A stretch of 64,000 bases of DNA from Schizochytrium sp. TIO01 (GCA_004764695.1 SMSO01000014.1:1545648-1609647); one strand, 5' to 3'. Positions 1-12,855 are shown, counted from the stretch's first letter. The notes: generated by a model from the sequence alone, not told the origin. Numbers and translations: made by a program.

Positions 1-1196
1 GCGGCCCAGCGTCGCAGGCGGCACGTCGAGCGCGGCGGGACATCGAGGGCGGCGGCTTTTGAACGAGATTGAGCTGTTCTTCTTGGTCTTCTTTTGAAGC
101 CCAAAGAAGAAGAACAGACACAGGGCAGGTGCGCACGGGCAGCCAGGCAGGAAGGGAGGCAGCCGGGAGGGCACGGGGGCTGAGAAAGCGACTCCGAGGC
201 GAAGGGAGGCAGGCAGTGCAGGTGCAGCGCCGCGAGCACGCGGTAGCGACGGCGAACTTTCCCTCCCTCTCTCTTTCTTCTCTTACTTTTCCTCCCTTTT
301 TCTTTCTTTCTCTCTTTCTCTTCTTTCTCTCTTTCTCTCTTTCTTTCTTTAAAGTTTTTCAATTGTTCACGTTATCTATCTAATAGATAGAGACCAAAGA
401 CGAAGAACGAGGCGGAGATCGATCAAAACGCCTGAGCGAGCAGAAGAGCAAGGTAGTAGGAGCGCAACGAACACAGGCTCGCGGAGGCAGACAGGCAGCC
501 AGACAGACAGACGAGGACAAGGACGAGCCGCTGGACTGGCGTCGTTGGTTCTAGGCTCTTTTTTCCCTCTGCGTCTGTTCTCGTTGTTCTTCTTCCTTTC
601 TTCCTTTGTTTTCTTCCTTCGCTGAGGTGGTTTTTTCCCATCGCTTCTGTTGTTCCTTTCTTGTCTGGCGGATACCTTCTCTAGGCAGCGATTCTGGCTT
701 CGCAGATTCCGACTTCGCAGAAAACTCTACTTGGGTCGAACTGAGCCCTGGTCTGGCTGACTGCCTGGCCGACAGGGTTAGTTGACTAGTTAGTTAGTTG
801 GCGAGCCAGCAGGACCGTGCTGTCTTCGGTCTATCTCTGTCTTTCTTGGGATTGAGATACTTACTGCTTGGCTGTGCAACCGCTCTTTGTGCCGGTAATA
901 ACTACAACAACAACAACAACAACAACAAACAAAAGCTCCTCAGCTGTACGAGGACAGGGCGTCGTACACAGCGCCAGGCAAGATTAGCAAAGATCGCGCG
1001 TGGATATAGATACAAATTCGTGTGTCTCCCAACTCGCTTACTTACTTGCTTGAGTGATTGAGTGAGTGAGTAAGGGAGTATATAGGACCAAGGGAAGAAA
1101 GTCTACACGAGGGAGGCTATTTTTTCTGTGATTGGGCGATATTGAAGAGGCGGGCAGGGACCGACAAGATCTCTCCCAAGATCAAAGTAAATAAAC

Positions 1197-4100
1197 ATGT
1201 ATAACCACACGGCACACGGATGGGCGACACAAACAGTGGACGAGTCCGAAGACGCCGAGGTGCAAGGGATCCTTGGGGCTCACGGGCACCCAGCAGCAGG
1301 CCCCACGGGAGGGGCCTTAAACCATCACCAACAGCAACATCAACACAGCAATTCGCATGTTGATTATGATGTAAATAATTTCCTCATGGGTAAAAGCATT
1401 TTCGCTCCGTCAGGGAACTCCTACATCAATGGAAGGGACGGCGAGGAAAGTCAATTGAATGCTAATGTTGCAGAGTTTACGCCGAGAGGAGGGCCTTACA
1501 TGGTGCAAATGCCAACACCGCCGCCTCAGGCAGATCATTACGGGGATCAGCAACACCAGCATCAACAGCACCAGACTCATATGGGTAGTATGATGGGATC
1601 ATACGATGGAATGTGGCCGCAGCATCAACAACAACAACAGCAGCAGCAGCAGCAGCAGCGGCAACAACAACAACACTCTTCTCATTCGCATCATTTCGCA
1701 GGGCAAGGGAACAATCGTTCTCACCATCGCACCCCGGGCCCTGGACAAACAAACCCTCTTGGTCCAAGCCCACCGAACCCGTTTCGTTATGGTCTCGAAG
1801 GCCTCTCTTACCAAGGGTCTGACATGCTGCAATACGCACCTGACCATGGGCGTGGGGGGGCTGCAGCTCAGTTTCACTCTAATCAATTCTTCTTTGATTC
1901 AGATGCGGCGTCGAATTCCTATGCTATGGACTCTTCTTCCGGAAATAGTCAAGGAGACATGTCATGGTATGACCAGCTTCCCCAACAGCATCACCACCAT
2001 AGCGATCATCGGTCCATATCTCATCATGATAGACACCACCAACAACAACACCAACACCAACAGTACTTGACCTCAGCATCATCATCCTACGGTCATGATG
2101 GCAACGTTTCGGCAACGATGAACGGTGGCATGGCGCCTCTTAATTTTGAGGGTAGCTCCCATGGTTTTGCTGATATGCATAATCCGCACGCAATGAACTC
2201 GTTCGGGCAATTCTCCATGCCAGAAGATATGGCAATGCAAGCGTTGGGCTCAAACTTTACTCAGCTAGGCTTTGATGAAGCCTCTTCCTCATCTTCCACA
2301 TCGTCTCATGATGCTGTAGACTATGGGTCGATGGATCGATCCCGGCAGCGCCATGCTGCCTCAGCAGTTCCACCACCTGGATACCTGGGTAGAGGAGGAT
2401 CAATGTACGGCCAGGTGCAAGGCAACTACGGCGGATCAAGGGTAGGTACGTCGACATCTGGAAGTCATCAATCTTACTATGGTGAGCCATCTGCTACAAT
2501 TCCACATGGTCCAGAGAGCTATGGTAGTAGCGCCTCTAGCTCAGGACTTGCTTTTGTACCTGGAGGTACCTTCGTTAATGGTCGTCAGCGGGATGCGACC
2601 ACCTCATTTGATTCTACACCAGATCAGAAATCCATTGGAACACCTGTCTCAACCCCTCAATCCTCGCCAATCCGTGGTCCCCAGATCTCTTCGCATCAGT
2701 CATCTCCACAACGGATGCCCAGTGAATTTGTTCTTGGTCATTCTCCTCATCGCACAGCATATCTAGATCCTGCGGATCAGCGTACTTATGCTCAACATGT
2801 GTCGCAACCACACGCTAGTTACCTTGGTGCGTTATCTGGTAGCGACTCCAAGAAGTCCCCTTCTGTGAATACGACTGCTTCTGTTGCAGCAGCGGCTGTG
2901 TCTCACACCTCCGCACCTGGTCTCTCTAGCAACCTTGGCCTAGGCAGCGGTGATCCCGGTCGCCCACCCACCATGGCTTATTCTGATGTTCTAATTGGGG
3001 GGATGCGCAAATCATCCAATCCTATTGAAGAAGAGGAAGAACGCAAGGATAAACGCGACGGGGTCGCAAGCCCTAATGCTAATGGTGGGCGCTCTAGTAG
3101 TGGCACTAGTAACAACAATAATAACAACAACAACAACCACCACCACCACAACAACAACAACCAGAACTACTCTAGCTCGGCAATTGATCATCCCTCTCAA
3201 AAGAACATAACAGTTGCACCTGCAACTTCCTCCTCTGGGCTAACAAAGCCGCCTATGAATAATGGCAACAACTGTAACAGCAGCACCCCGGAATCGCTCG
3301 CGCATGATTCTCCCTGGGCCCAAAAGAAGAAAGCTGAGCTTGACGAAACACCTCAAACACGAAGCGTTTTTAAAGATTTTTACAAAACGTTTCGTAGCAA
3401 GGAGAAAGAAAGCGTCGAAGAGGCGTTTGCTTACGCTCATGAGGCTCTTGCATCCAAGGATGTCCCAGAACGTATTCATTGGAAGATCTATCTAGAAATG
3501 GCCGACCTTGCCAAGCGCGAGAACCGGTTCAAGGATGCGCGAGACCTTTACCAACTGGTTAACAAAACACAGCCTTTTGCCCACCAAGGTTGGCTCGAGT
3601 ATTCCAAGATGGAAGAAGAATGTGGACGTCTGCTTCATTGTAGATCAATTCTACAAGAAGGACTGGAGTACTGCAATTATGCTGAGCAGCTTTTGACAAA
3701 AGCTATTAAGCACGAAGAACGCCTTGGCAACCTTGACAATGCTCGTGCCCTCCTGTCCCGCTTGCGAACCCAAAATGTTGAGAAGGCGTGGCGTACAATT
3801 CTTGAGGGCGCCCTTCTGGAAGCAAGGGCTGGCAATATTGTCGTAGCACGCAAGGTTTTCAAGTATCTCATGGAAAACGTGCCTTGGTATGGCCCGATTT
3901 ACTTTGAAGCGACTCGTTTCGAAGAAAAAAATGAGGAGTTTGAGCGCGCCATCGCGATTGTAGAAAAAGGCCTCAAGGAAATTCCTCGCTATGGTCCTCT
4001 ATGGTTTAATGCGTTTCGATTGCATGAGAAGACCGAGATGGAGCAGGCGATGCGCAATGTAGCCACTTCGAAAACCCCGCCGAAACCGGCACCAAAGGAA

Positions 4101-5454
4101 CATATGCTACGTGACGAAAAGGATCGGTTGAAATATGATCTCCAAAACATGTTTGGGGTTGATGAGGGGAGTTTCCATGTTGACACGGTTCCTTGTAAAC
4201 TCTTGCAGACACGCGGCGCCCTGCAGCGCGCCATGAACTGTATTTCCAAAGAGCTTGTCTGGAAGGTACACTTTGAGGCTGCTCAGGTTGCAGAGCGTGG
4301 CGGCGGCCCTGATGCTTTGCAACGTGCTCGGCATGCTTACGTTCAAAGCGTTCTACGTTGTCCTGTAAATTTACGTTGGAAGGTTTGGTTGGCAGGTGCC
4401 CGTGCTGAACTTGCGCATGGGAACATGGATAAAGCGAGGCAGCTTCTTGACCGCGCTCTTGTCGATGTCCCAGCAAAATCTCGGGCTCAGGTGCTTCTTG
4501 AATGCTCCAGGGTTGAAGAGTATGAAGGTCACGTAGAGACTGCTCGAGATGTACTTCTCAAAGCTCGAGATGAAACTCGACACGAGTGGAAAGTTTTCCT
4601 CGAGGCAGTTATGCTCGAATTGCGCAATGGTCACCGTGAGGATGCGATTCGTGCTGCTGAGGACGCGCTTGCAACACACTCTGGCACTGGTCGTTTATGG
4701 GCAATCCTTGTTCAGCTGAAGCATGCAATTGGACCTGACTCGCAACGGTTGGTTTTCCGCGAAGCTCTAAAGAGTTGTCCGAAGTCTGGCGAAGTCTGGT
4801 GCGAAGGTGCTCGCCTTCACATGAACCCTCTCTCCCCGTATTTTGATCTCGAGACTGCTTTCCGTTACCTTGAATTTGCAATTCAATTCACACCGCAATA
4901 TGGAGGTAGCTTCCTAGAGTTGATGCGATGGAAGTTGCTTCGAAGCAACTTCGGTGATGACCGTGCTTTTCCTGATTTTGCTCATATAGAGGATGAGAAT
5001 TTGTTTCGTCAGAATATGCTCCGCTGCGACACATCTGATATCGAGTTGCGTTGTGTGAATGCCGACCCCAACTACGGGGCTCTCTGGTTCCATTGCAAAC
5101 GTGGCCCTTTCGATACTGCTCGTCAGGTTCTGCGTACAGCAAAGGGCCTGATGATTGAGGAGCTGTGCAAATTTCGAGCTGTATATCGCGAGGCTATTGC
5201 AGAATCAATTCATCGTAAGCAAGACCATGCCGCTCGTCAAGTGGCACGTGCTAAGTCTCGGACTACTCCCTGCTCTTGCGGGCGGGGAGGACCGCTGGCT
5301 GACAGAACGTCTTGAATCGGTCCCAGGTGCAGACACGTATGCAAACTTCAGCACTGGTCTCTTGAGCGTTAATTGGCTTGGTGAGCATGTAGGTCTTCTT
5401 ATTGATCGCGAGCGACGGAAGTTTCTGTTTGGGTCAGATCAGATTGTGCCTTAA
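1197..5454 (+). CDS. PAM2-motif, Q/H/S/N-rich low-complexity protein with C-terminal HAT/TPR repeats (probable RNA-binding or mRNA-processing factor); apparent +1 frameshift near 5250-5260
   Basis: 1372-aa ORF 1197..5315, ATG in A-rich context (ataaacATG). The N-terminal ~710 aa are low complexity and contain SQLNANVAEFTP (PAM2-like). From ~aa 720 there are helical repeats with HAT-type motifs (WLEYSKMEEECG, WKVWLAGARAEL, PKSGEVWCEGARL). The overlapping +1-frame ORF 5155..5454 gives a protein-like end (…NFSTGLLSVN…ERRKFLFGSDQIVP*). Confidence 0.85.
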
Positions 5455-6851
5455 GTAAGTGCCAAGATTTGACTTGTGTAGTTACTTTGCTAGCATACAA
5501 TACGAAGTGATCTTTGGCTATTCGCTACCACCTCCATTGATTGGAAGTACCTTCTAATGATGCACTGAGAGACCAGGACAGAAGAGTTAACACATCCTCA
5601 TATGAGTCATTCGGCCAGGTTCATTGATTAAACTTTTCCCAGTGCCCTTAGTAGACGATTCATATTTTGAATGGGAATGCTTGTTTTGTTGAAGTTTGAG
5701 TCTTTCATTTTAAAACCCTGAATATGAGTCAATCTACGCAGGAGGTTGGCGCGAAAATGCTGAACGTATCTGCTGCTAAGAACTTGGTGCATATTGGGTG
5801 TTTATGTTTTTCTACTACTGTAGATCTAGCTGTCTATCTCTGAAGTTTGGTGCAACGCGATTTTTAGCAAGATTCCTTACTTGCACAGTTAGTTACTTGC
5901 ATCTGAATTGCCCAGATTTCTTGATAGTGCTTCATTCCTCCTTCCAGAGGATATGATGTGTGTATAAATATCACATTTAGACGTAAAGGGAGTACGTGTG
6001 CTGATTTCTCCTCTATTAGCTACTATATAAGCGGATGCTGTACCTGCATATTTCGGGGGTTTTTGCTAGTTTGGCTGAAATGGAGATGGCAACTACCTCA
6101 ATAATCACTACATAATGTTTCTTCAACTCTCTAACCTCGTATGTAGGCAGTACGACAGCTCTCATTTAGCATACACAGGAAGGGAAAGTCTGTATAGCTA
6201 ATATCCCCTTCCATTCCTTGGAGAGGAATCCTAGAAGGGCCATTCAAACATTGTCATCTCTTCATATAACAAAGAAATTGATCTATCAACCTCAACTAGA
6301 ATTATTCAAAACAAGTTCGTTCATCAGTCAATCCCATTTGAGATCTCAGCAAACCTCAAAATAAAATCAATTTTTGTGTACCTTGAGAATCCATTTGAGA
6401 TAATGTTTCAATCTTCTAATTTCTTTTTTTCTTTTTAAATCAGTTGTCTCGTTTGTTAAGCTTGCTCCTTGCTTATTGGTTTTGTATGATGGATAGAGAG
6501 GGAGCACGACTCGTAGCAGGCAGGGAAGTAGAGGATAAGAGTAGGGAGGCTAGATTTATTTATTGTAATGCCAATGAAATGTCATCTTGCTTATGTTTGC
6601 GTTCTTCCACGCTAGCTAAATGCAGTGTAGTCGCTACGGCCGTGCGTGCACAGAGCACGCAAGCAGCAGCAGTTTGTGAGGCCAGCGGAATAATGGACAA
6701 AATGGCCGGCCAAGCATCATCTCAGGTTTACGACTACAGCCGTAGCTATAAGAGAGATGGATATGGAGACCGACATCATACCGCCAGACCTTGAAAGGTT
6801 CAATTCAATTATCAAGACCTTACAGGGAGGGGTGTTGATTGTGCTAGGCGT

Positions 6852-9800
6852 TTAGTTGGATCCAGTCGCGAAGCGGTATGCGTTGTTGAACATCTTGACC
6901 CAGGGAGAGGCCAACATCTCGGTGTCTTCCCACTCGGTGGGCTTGTGCGGCCACTGCCACATGCGGCAGGCGCGCTCGGGGTGGGGCATGAGAGCCAAGT
7001 GGCGGCCATTTGCGGAGGTGAGAGCGGTAATTCCGAGCGGGGAGCCGTTCGGGTTGAAAGGGTATGCCTCGGTCTCCTCGCAGGCGTCGTTGACGAAGCG
7101 GAGAGGGGCCTGGCCGTTGGCCAAAATAGAGTCGAGCACCTCCTGGTTGGGGAAGTGGGCACGTCCCTCACCGTGGGCGACCCAGACGCCAAGAGCGGAT
7201 CCCTCCATGCCCTTGAACATCATGGCATTGTTGTCCTCGCGAACCTTGACGGTCACGAAGCGAGATTCGTAGCGGCCCGAGGCGTTGTGCACAAAGCGGG
7301 GCTGCTTGTCCCACTGGATCTCGTGCGTCTCCGGGTTGTAAGTGTTCTCGAGGCCAGGCACCCATCCAAGGAGAGCCATGAGCTGGCAACCGTTACAGAT
7401 ACCAAGACTGAAGGTGTCCGGGCGCGCGTAGAAGGCCTGGAACTCGTCCCAGACAGCCTCGTTGAAGCGGATTACACCAGCCCAGCCCTTAGCACTGTCC
7501 ATAACATCAGCATATGAAAAGCCTCCGACGAACGCAAGACCCTGGAAGTCAGAGAGCTTGACCTTGCCGAGCTTGAGGTCAGCCACAGCCACATCCCATG
7601 CCTCGAATCCAGCTGAGGTGAATGCAGCGGCCATCTCACGGTCTCCGTTGGATCCCTCCTCGCGAATGATGGCAACGCGGGGCTTGTTCTCCTGCTCCTT
7701 GCCCTCGTTGATCTTGGCAATGATTTCGGCCTGGTGCTTAGCCTCCGCAGCTACGTCAAAGGTGGTCTTCCATGGCGGCAGCTGGCGGCTCTTAAGGCCG
7801 GTCTGCTCCTGCTCAACCTTGGCAGGGTTAGCCTGAAGCTTGTCGAGCTCGAAGCTGGTAGCCTCCCACACATCGCGCCAGTAAGTCATGGAGTTCTTGC
7901 TGGCAAAGAGGTCCTCGCCCTCGTACTTGACAGCGAGAGTCTGACCCTCAAGCACAACGGTTCCAAGCTCGAAGCATGCGACTCCAGCAGCGTCGAAGCG
8001 CTGCTTCACGGTGTCTACGTTCTCCGAAGCGACTTGGAGAACGAGGCCAACCTCCTCCGCAAAGAGGTCTCCAAAGATGCCGTTCTTGGACGGGATGGAG
8101 ACATCGAAACCGAGGTTTCCAGCAAAGGCCATCTCGAGAAGGGCGGTGATGAGACCACCATCAGAGATATCGTGTCCAGCAAGGATCTGCTTAGCTTCGA
8201 TAGCCTCCTGAGTGGCGTTGAAGGCCGCCACAAGCTTGGCAGGCTCATCAAGATCAGGTGCCTCGTTACCGATTTGAGAGTACACCTGAGCGAGGGCAGA
8301 TCCTCCGAGGCGTCCACCCTGGGCAATAGCGACATAGAGGATGCTGGAAGCCTTGTTCTTGAGGTCGGGGGTCACGGTGAGACTGACATCAGGGCTCATG
8401 GCATACACAGAGATAGCGAGCTCTCCAGGGCACTTGACAACCTCGTCTCCAGCCTTGGCAGCCATGGAGAGAGAGTCCTTACCTCCATCAACGGCAATGC
8501 CAACCTTTTGCATCACGTCACACATGGCCTCGCACGCCTCGTACATTGCGGCGCCTTCACCGGGGAGTTTGGCAGCCCACATCCAGTTTGCAGAGCACTT
8601 AACGTCCTCGAGAGCGGTAACCTTGGCGAAAACCAAGTTTGTAAGAGCCTCTGCGACAGTCATGCGAGCCATGGCTCCCTGGGAAACAAGACCCTTGATG
8701 GGCTGCTCACCAATGGCAGTGGCAACACCGGTGTACTTACCGTTGACGTCCGGGAAGTGGGTCTGGGCGATAACACCGACGTCAGCGAGAGGGGTGTGGA
8801 GAGGTCCGACACACTGCTGCTGAGCAATAAGGCCAGTAACGGAGCGGTCGACCTTGGTGGTCAAGAAGCGCTTTGAGCCAATCTGCAACAGGCGAAGCAC
8901 GCGGTCGAGAGCAGCCTCGAACTCAACGCCCTCGAGGTTGAGGGGCTCGAGCTTGTTAGCCATGGTCTCAGAGGTAAATGTCTTCTGCGGCATCTTGCCA
9001 AGCACATCGTCGAGGTGCAAGTCAACAGGAACAGATCCGTCACGCTCATCGTGGACCTTCACGATACCATCACCGGTGATCTCACCGAGGAATGCGAAGG
9101 GCATGTTCTCACGCTCACAGATGCGCTGGAAGATCGGTCTGTCCTCGGAGCGGATGAGCAAAGCGCAGTTCTCCTGGTACTCTGCGCCCCAGAGCTCGAG
9201 AGCAGTCATAGTGTCATCACCCTGAGGGAGTCGGCGCAAGAAGAGCTCAGCTCCAGCAGGCTCGGAGATCTCCTTGAGAACGTTGCCGTTGCCACCAGCT
9301 CCCTGATCATGAATACTTACGATCGGGTTGCGGGCGCCAAGCTCAACACAAGCGCGGATAACGCGGTTCATCTTGTTCTCCATCTCGGCATCTCCACGTT
9401 GTACGGCGTTGAAGTCCAAGTCTGCTGTCTTGGCATCCTGAACACGGCTCGAGGCGGCTCCACCGCCCATACCAATGCGGTATGCCGGTCCTCCGACCTT
9501 GACAACGGTCATGCCCTTCTCGGCTCCACCCTTGGTCACATGGCGACCATCGAGGAGTCCAACTCCGGAGCTCATCATGATGGGCTTGATCCACTCACGG
9601 CGCTCGCCGTTCGGGAGTCTCATACCGAAGGAACGAGTGTATCCGGTCACAACAGGCTCACCAAACTTGTTACCGTAGTCGGATGCTCCGTTACTCGCCT
9701 CAATCTCAATCTGGAGAGGCGAAGCCATGTTCGAGGGGTACTCAAAGCTGGTGTCCTCCCACGGTTGCACGTAGCCCGGGATCTGCAAGTTGCCAACGCA

Positions 9801-10928
9801 GTATGAGGAGGTTCCGGCCACAACGAGAGCACCACGGCCAGTTGCGTGAACATCGCGAATGCGGCCACCAGTGCCGGTCTCAGCACCAGGGAAGGGAGCA
9901 ATTCCACAAGGAAAGTTGTGGGTCTCAGCGGTCAGAATACCGTGCATCTCAAGCTCCTTGACCTGGTAGGTTGAGGGTGCAGCCTCACTGCCGGGTTCCT
10001 TGGACTCGATGGACGGCATGATAGCACGGACAGGGAAGCCACGGATGGCAGAAGAGTTGTCGTGGAAAGCAATGACTGAGTTGTTGGGCTTGGGGTCCGT
10101 CTTGGAGCAAGCGGAGTTGGTGTTCTTGACCATCTGGAAGAGAGTGGAAGCCTTCTCGGTACCATCAATGACCATCTTACCGCCAAAGAACCAGTGACGC
10201 GAGTGCTCAGAGTTAGACTGGGCAAGATCGAAGCACTCGACATCACTCGGGTTACGAGCGAGCTTGTCCTTGAAGAGCTTCGTGTAGAAGTCAAGATCCC
10301 AATCGTCAAAGGCAAGACCAAGCTCCTCGCTGATGCTCTGGAGAGCAGCGCGGCCCTCCTCCATAACGGGGATCCAGCGTGTTCCCTGACGAGAGGCGGC
10401 AAGAGCGGCCTCATCAGGGGCAAAGCTGGTAATGGGCTTGTCGATGATGCACTCGGTCATGCGGTCGTGCACAGCAGCCTCGATGGCCTGGCGCTCCTCT
10501 GCGGAGATGGATCCGCTAGCCGTGGTAAAGGCATAGCGACGGGAGCGCTCAATGCGCCGGATGCAGCCAAGACCACAGGCCTGGCAGATAGTCACGGCGT
10601 TCGAGGACCATGCGGTGGTGAAGGTCAAACGAGGACCAACCTCAACGCTGAGCGTGGCGGACTCGTTCGAGAGAAAGCTCTCGGTGCCGAACTTGTCCTG
10701 CTCGTAGGTCTCGCTAAGAAGCCAGCTGAGGCGAGTGAGCTCCTGCTCAGAGAGGTCACGGTCATCCATCTCAATATTGTAGCGGAACTCGGTCGCTACG
10801 GCGGAGATCTCGGGAACTCCAGCCTCGCGGGAAAGCTGGCGAAGGAAGGCCTCCTGCTGGGGACCGTCCATCATAGGGGTGCGGAACATGTGCACCACGC
10901 GGGTGCCGGCATTGTTCGAGGCAGACAT
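6852..10928 (-). CDS. purL: Phosphoribosylformylglycinamidine (FGAM) synthase, single-chain large type (PurL/PFAS/Ade6)
   Basis: Diagnostic motifs AQSNSEHSRHWFF, TAETHNFP, PFPGAETGTGGRIRD, SIHDQGAGG, DGGKDSLSM, GHDISDGG. Glutaminase domain has GGFSYAD, LGICNGCQL (catalytic Cys) and MPHPER (His/Glu). First ATG is at 10928; the ORF track starts at an upstream TTG. Strong C/G-ending codon bias. Confidence 0.98.
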   Translation of the reverse strand: MSASNNAGTRVVHMFRTPMMDGPQQEAFLRQLSREAGVPEISAVATEFRYNIEMDDRDLSEQELTRLSWLLSETYEQDKFGTESFLSNESATLSVEVGPRLTFTTAWSSNAVTICQACGLGCIRRIERSRRYAFTTASGSISAEERQAIEAAVHDRMTECIIDKPITSFAPDEAALAASRQGTRWIPVMEEGRAALQSISEELGLAFDDWDLDFYTKLFKDKLARNPSDVECFDLAQSNSEHSRHWFFGGKMVIDGTEKASTLFQMVKNTNSACSKTDPKPNNSVIAFHDNSSAIRGFPVRAIMPSIESKEPGSEAAPSTYQVKELEMHGILTAETHNFPCGIAPFPGAETGTGGRIRDVHATGRGALVVAGTSSYCVGNLQIPGYVQPWEDTSFEYPSNMASPLQIEIEASNGASDYGNKFGEPVVTGYTRSFGMRLPNGERREWIKPIMMSSGVGLLDGRHVTKGGAEKGMTVVKVGGPAYRIGMGGGAASSRVQDAKTADLDFNAVQRGDAEMENKMNRVIRACVELGARNPIVSIHDQGAGGNGNVLKEISEPAGAELFLRRLPQGDDTMTALELWGAEYQENCALLIRSEDRPIFQRICERENMPFAFLGEITGDGIVKVHDERDGSVPVDLHLDDVLGKMPQKTFTSETMANKLEPLNLEGVEFEAALDRVLRLLQIGSKRFLTTKVDRSVTGLIAQQQCVGPLHTPLADVGVIAQTHFPDVNGKYTGVATAIGEQPIKGLVSQGAMARMTVAEALTNLVFAKVTALEDVKCSANWMWAAKLPGEGAAMYEACEAMCDVMQKVGIAVDGGKDSLSMAAKAGDEVVKCPGELAISVYAMSPDVSLTVTPDLKNKASSILYVAIAQGGRLGGSALAQVYSQIGNEAPDLDEPAKLVAAFNATQEAIEAKQILAGHDISDGGLITALLEMAFAGNLGFDVSIPSKNGIFGDLFAEEVGLVLQVASENVDTVKQRFDAAGVACFELGTVVLEGQTLAVKYEGEDLFASKNSMTYWRDVWEATSFELDKLQANPAKVEQEQTGLKSRQLPPWKTTFDVAAEAKHQAEIIAKINEGKEQENKPRVAIIREEGSNGDREMAAAFTSAGFEAWDVAVADLKLGKVKLSDFQGLAFVGGFSYADVMDSAKGWAGVIRFNEAVWDEFQAFYARPDTFSLGICNGCQLMALLGWVPGLENTYNPETHEIQWDKQPRFVHNASGRYESRFVTVKVREDNNAMMFKGMEGSALGVWVAHGEGRAHFPNQEVLDSILANGQAPLRFVNDACEETEAYPFNPNGSPLGITALTSANGRHLALMPHPERACRMWQWPHKPTEWEDTEMLASPWVKMFNNAYRFATGSN

Positions 10929-12831
10929 CTTCTTGAGTTGATTAATATCTAGGCTCAAATCAGTTCAACAGGCGCAGAGTTTCGCCTGAAGTCGAGTGAT
11001 GTAGAGAGATTTGTATAGAGGTAGGTTCCTGGTGAGGTTGACGGGATTAACCTGTCGAGGAATGGATAACTTTACCTACGACACGAGTGCCGAACAGGCA
11101 GCAGATGCCGATGGAAAGGGAATGAGGGAGAGAGAGTTGATAGAGCTTTTTTCTTCGCGACGCGGGCCCAGCGAGCCTCGCAGTCTGCGGCGGCGGCCGA
11201 CCTCGCGATCGCGAACTGCACCCTCAATCGCCAACCCTCTCGCGGCCAGCCAAGCCGCTGCGCTGGAGCGCCTCCAGCCACTCGCTCCACCTTTGGACAA
11301 TACCCTTCTGTCTCCACTGGCAGGACAGATATTGCGCTCCATCGTTTGATACTAGTATATCCAGCCTATGACGAGGAGGCGCAGTGGTGGGGAGGGACTA
11401 GCAAATTGTATACGCTAAAATATATGCTTGTCTTGGGGGGGTAGAGCAAGGTAAGAGTGGGCCAGGTGGATCAGGGGGGTACCGAGGGATTTATGGAGGT
11501 GGTTAAGGTGAAAGGAAAGAGGTGCCAGTCACACCTCCACTGAGAAATTGCTGAGAGGGGTGTTGGGAAGAGGATAAGAGGGGATCAGAGGATTACAGGC
11601 GATTTACTTTTGGAAACCAGAGTGTATAGAGTGAGAAGAAAAAGTAGGTACTAATATGATAGTTAGCTATCTAGACCATAGAGAGAATACACAAACATTA
11701 GACGAATCCGTGCGAGGAAATCGAAACTACAGGCGCGTTTGCCTGATTCCGGTAATACAAGCACGGTTAAAGAAAATCAGAGGTTGGAACTTGCGTTCTC
11801 TACTGTTCATTATAGCAGAGTAGAACACATATCTGAGAAGGGGAAAGTTTCTTTGGAGTTCTTCTTCTTCTTCTTCTTCTTAAATGCTGCTGGAGATGTT
11901 GAAGTTGTTGATCAGGATTCATATTGTCCTGCAAAGCTCATGAAATGAAATGAAGATATTCTATGCAACGCCTCCGTTGTGCCGGCGGGGCTTGGCGGAA
12001 CTGTTCTTCTGGCTGCTTGCCTCTTGGGGCGTTTCTGCGAGATGGCTTGGGTTGAGATTAATTCAATGATTCCTTCCTTGTTTTCTATGTCAAAACTATC
12101 GAGATAACTTACTTATCAAAGTAGCGCTTGTTGCACGGGCTCTGCTTCCTGGTCCGTGAAGATCGAGATCCAGAGAATCCAGAAGTACGAGTCGTAAGAT
12201 GGTGAGCGACAGCCACCATAATTTACGAAGAATCGAGGCAATTAATTCTCTAGAGCAGTTGTCATCCATTTCCCTGTTGAAACTTGCGAGGCACGGAAGC
12301 GTCGCGAGGTTCACTGCTGTTGGCGTCAGCAGTGTTGCACGTCACGATCTCTTTGGTCGTCGAATTTCAGGATACCTGCCTGCCGAGGCAGCCGGAGAAC
12401 CGGTGATGAATGATGTCGTTGTCGAAAAGGCAGCTAGATTTCCAAGGTGAAATTCGTCGTCATCCATCATCTACCTGAGCGGAGCAGAACCCGTGCATTC
12501 GAGAAGGATGCATCTTTCCCTGGCCTTGACTTTCAATCCTGCCAAAGACACCGAAGCGCTACTCTTGTTTTGTGCAAGGAAGGAGCGTACTTCGGAGCGC
12601 CCGCCGCCCGCCTGTATTACTTTGGGAACTTCGCCTTTAGGAGGGTGATCGCCAGGATTGTATCACACTGCTGTGGTGGAATGGATGGATTGATTTCACG
12701 GCATCTCGATCTCCAAGTCGCGGTGCTCGAGCCCTTGGCGCCAGCCCGGCGGGAGCAAGTTTACACAGTCGCTGCGTAGCCCAGGAACAGGCAGGCATCG
12801 ATGCCGCGGGAACAAGTTTGCCGAGGATGGA

Positions 12832-12855
12832 TAGCTAGCTAGCTAGCTAGCTAGC
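12832..12855. repeat. Self-complementary (TAGC)6 microsatellite
   Basis: Directly visible; a second array lies at 14622-14643. Confidence 0.9.

Noticed and set aside
1-43. Possible start of a minus-strand gene (MSRRARRAACDAGP) running off the left edge
   Set aside because: Only 14 codons are visible, so it cannot be supported.
69-1061. Small ORFs upstream of the HAT gene
   Set aside because: They derive from CT-rich and (AAC)n simple sequence typical of 5' flanks here. Possible 5'UTR introns cannot be placed without transcripts.
6945-10952. Long antisense ORFs over purL (190, 380, 263 and 252 aa)
   Set aside because: All are in codon register with purL. They follow from its avoidance of TTA/CTA/TCA codons, and none has recognisable motifs.
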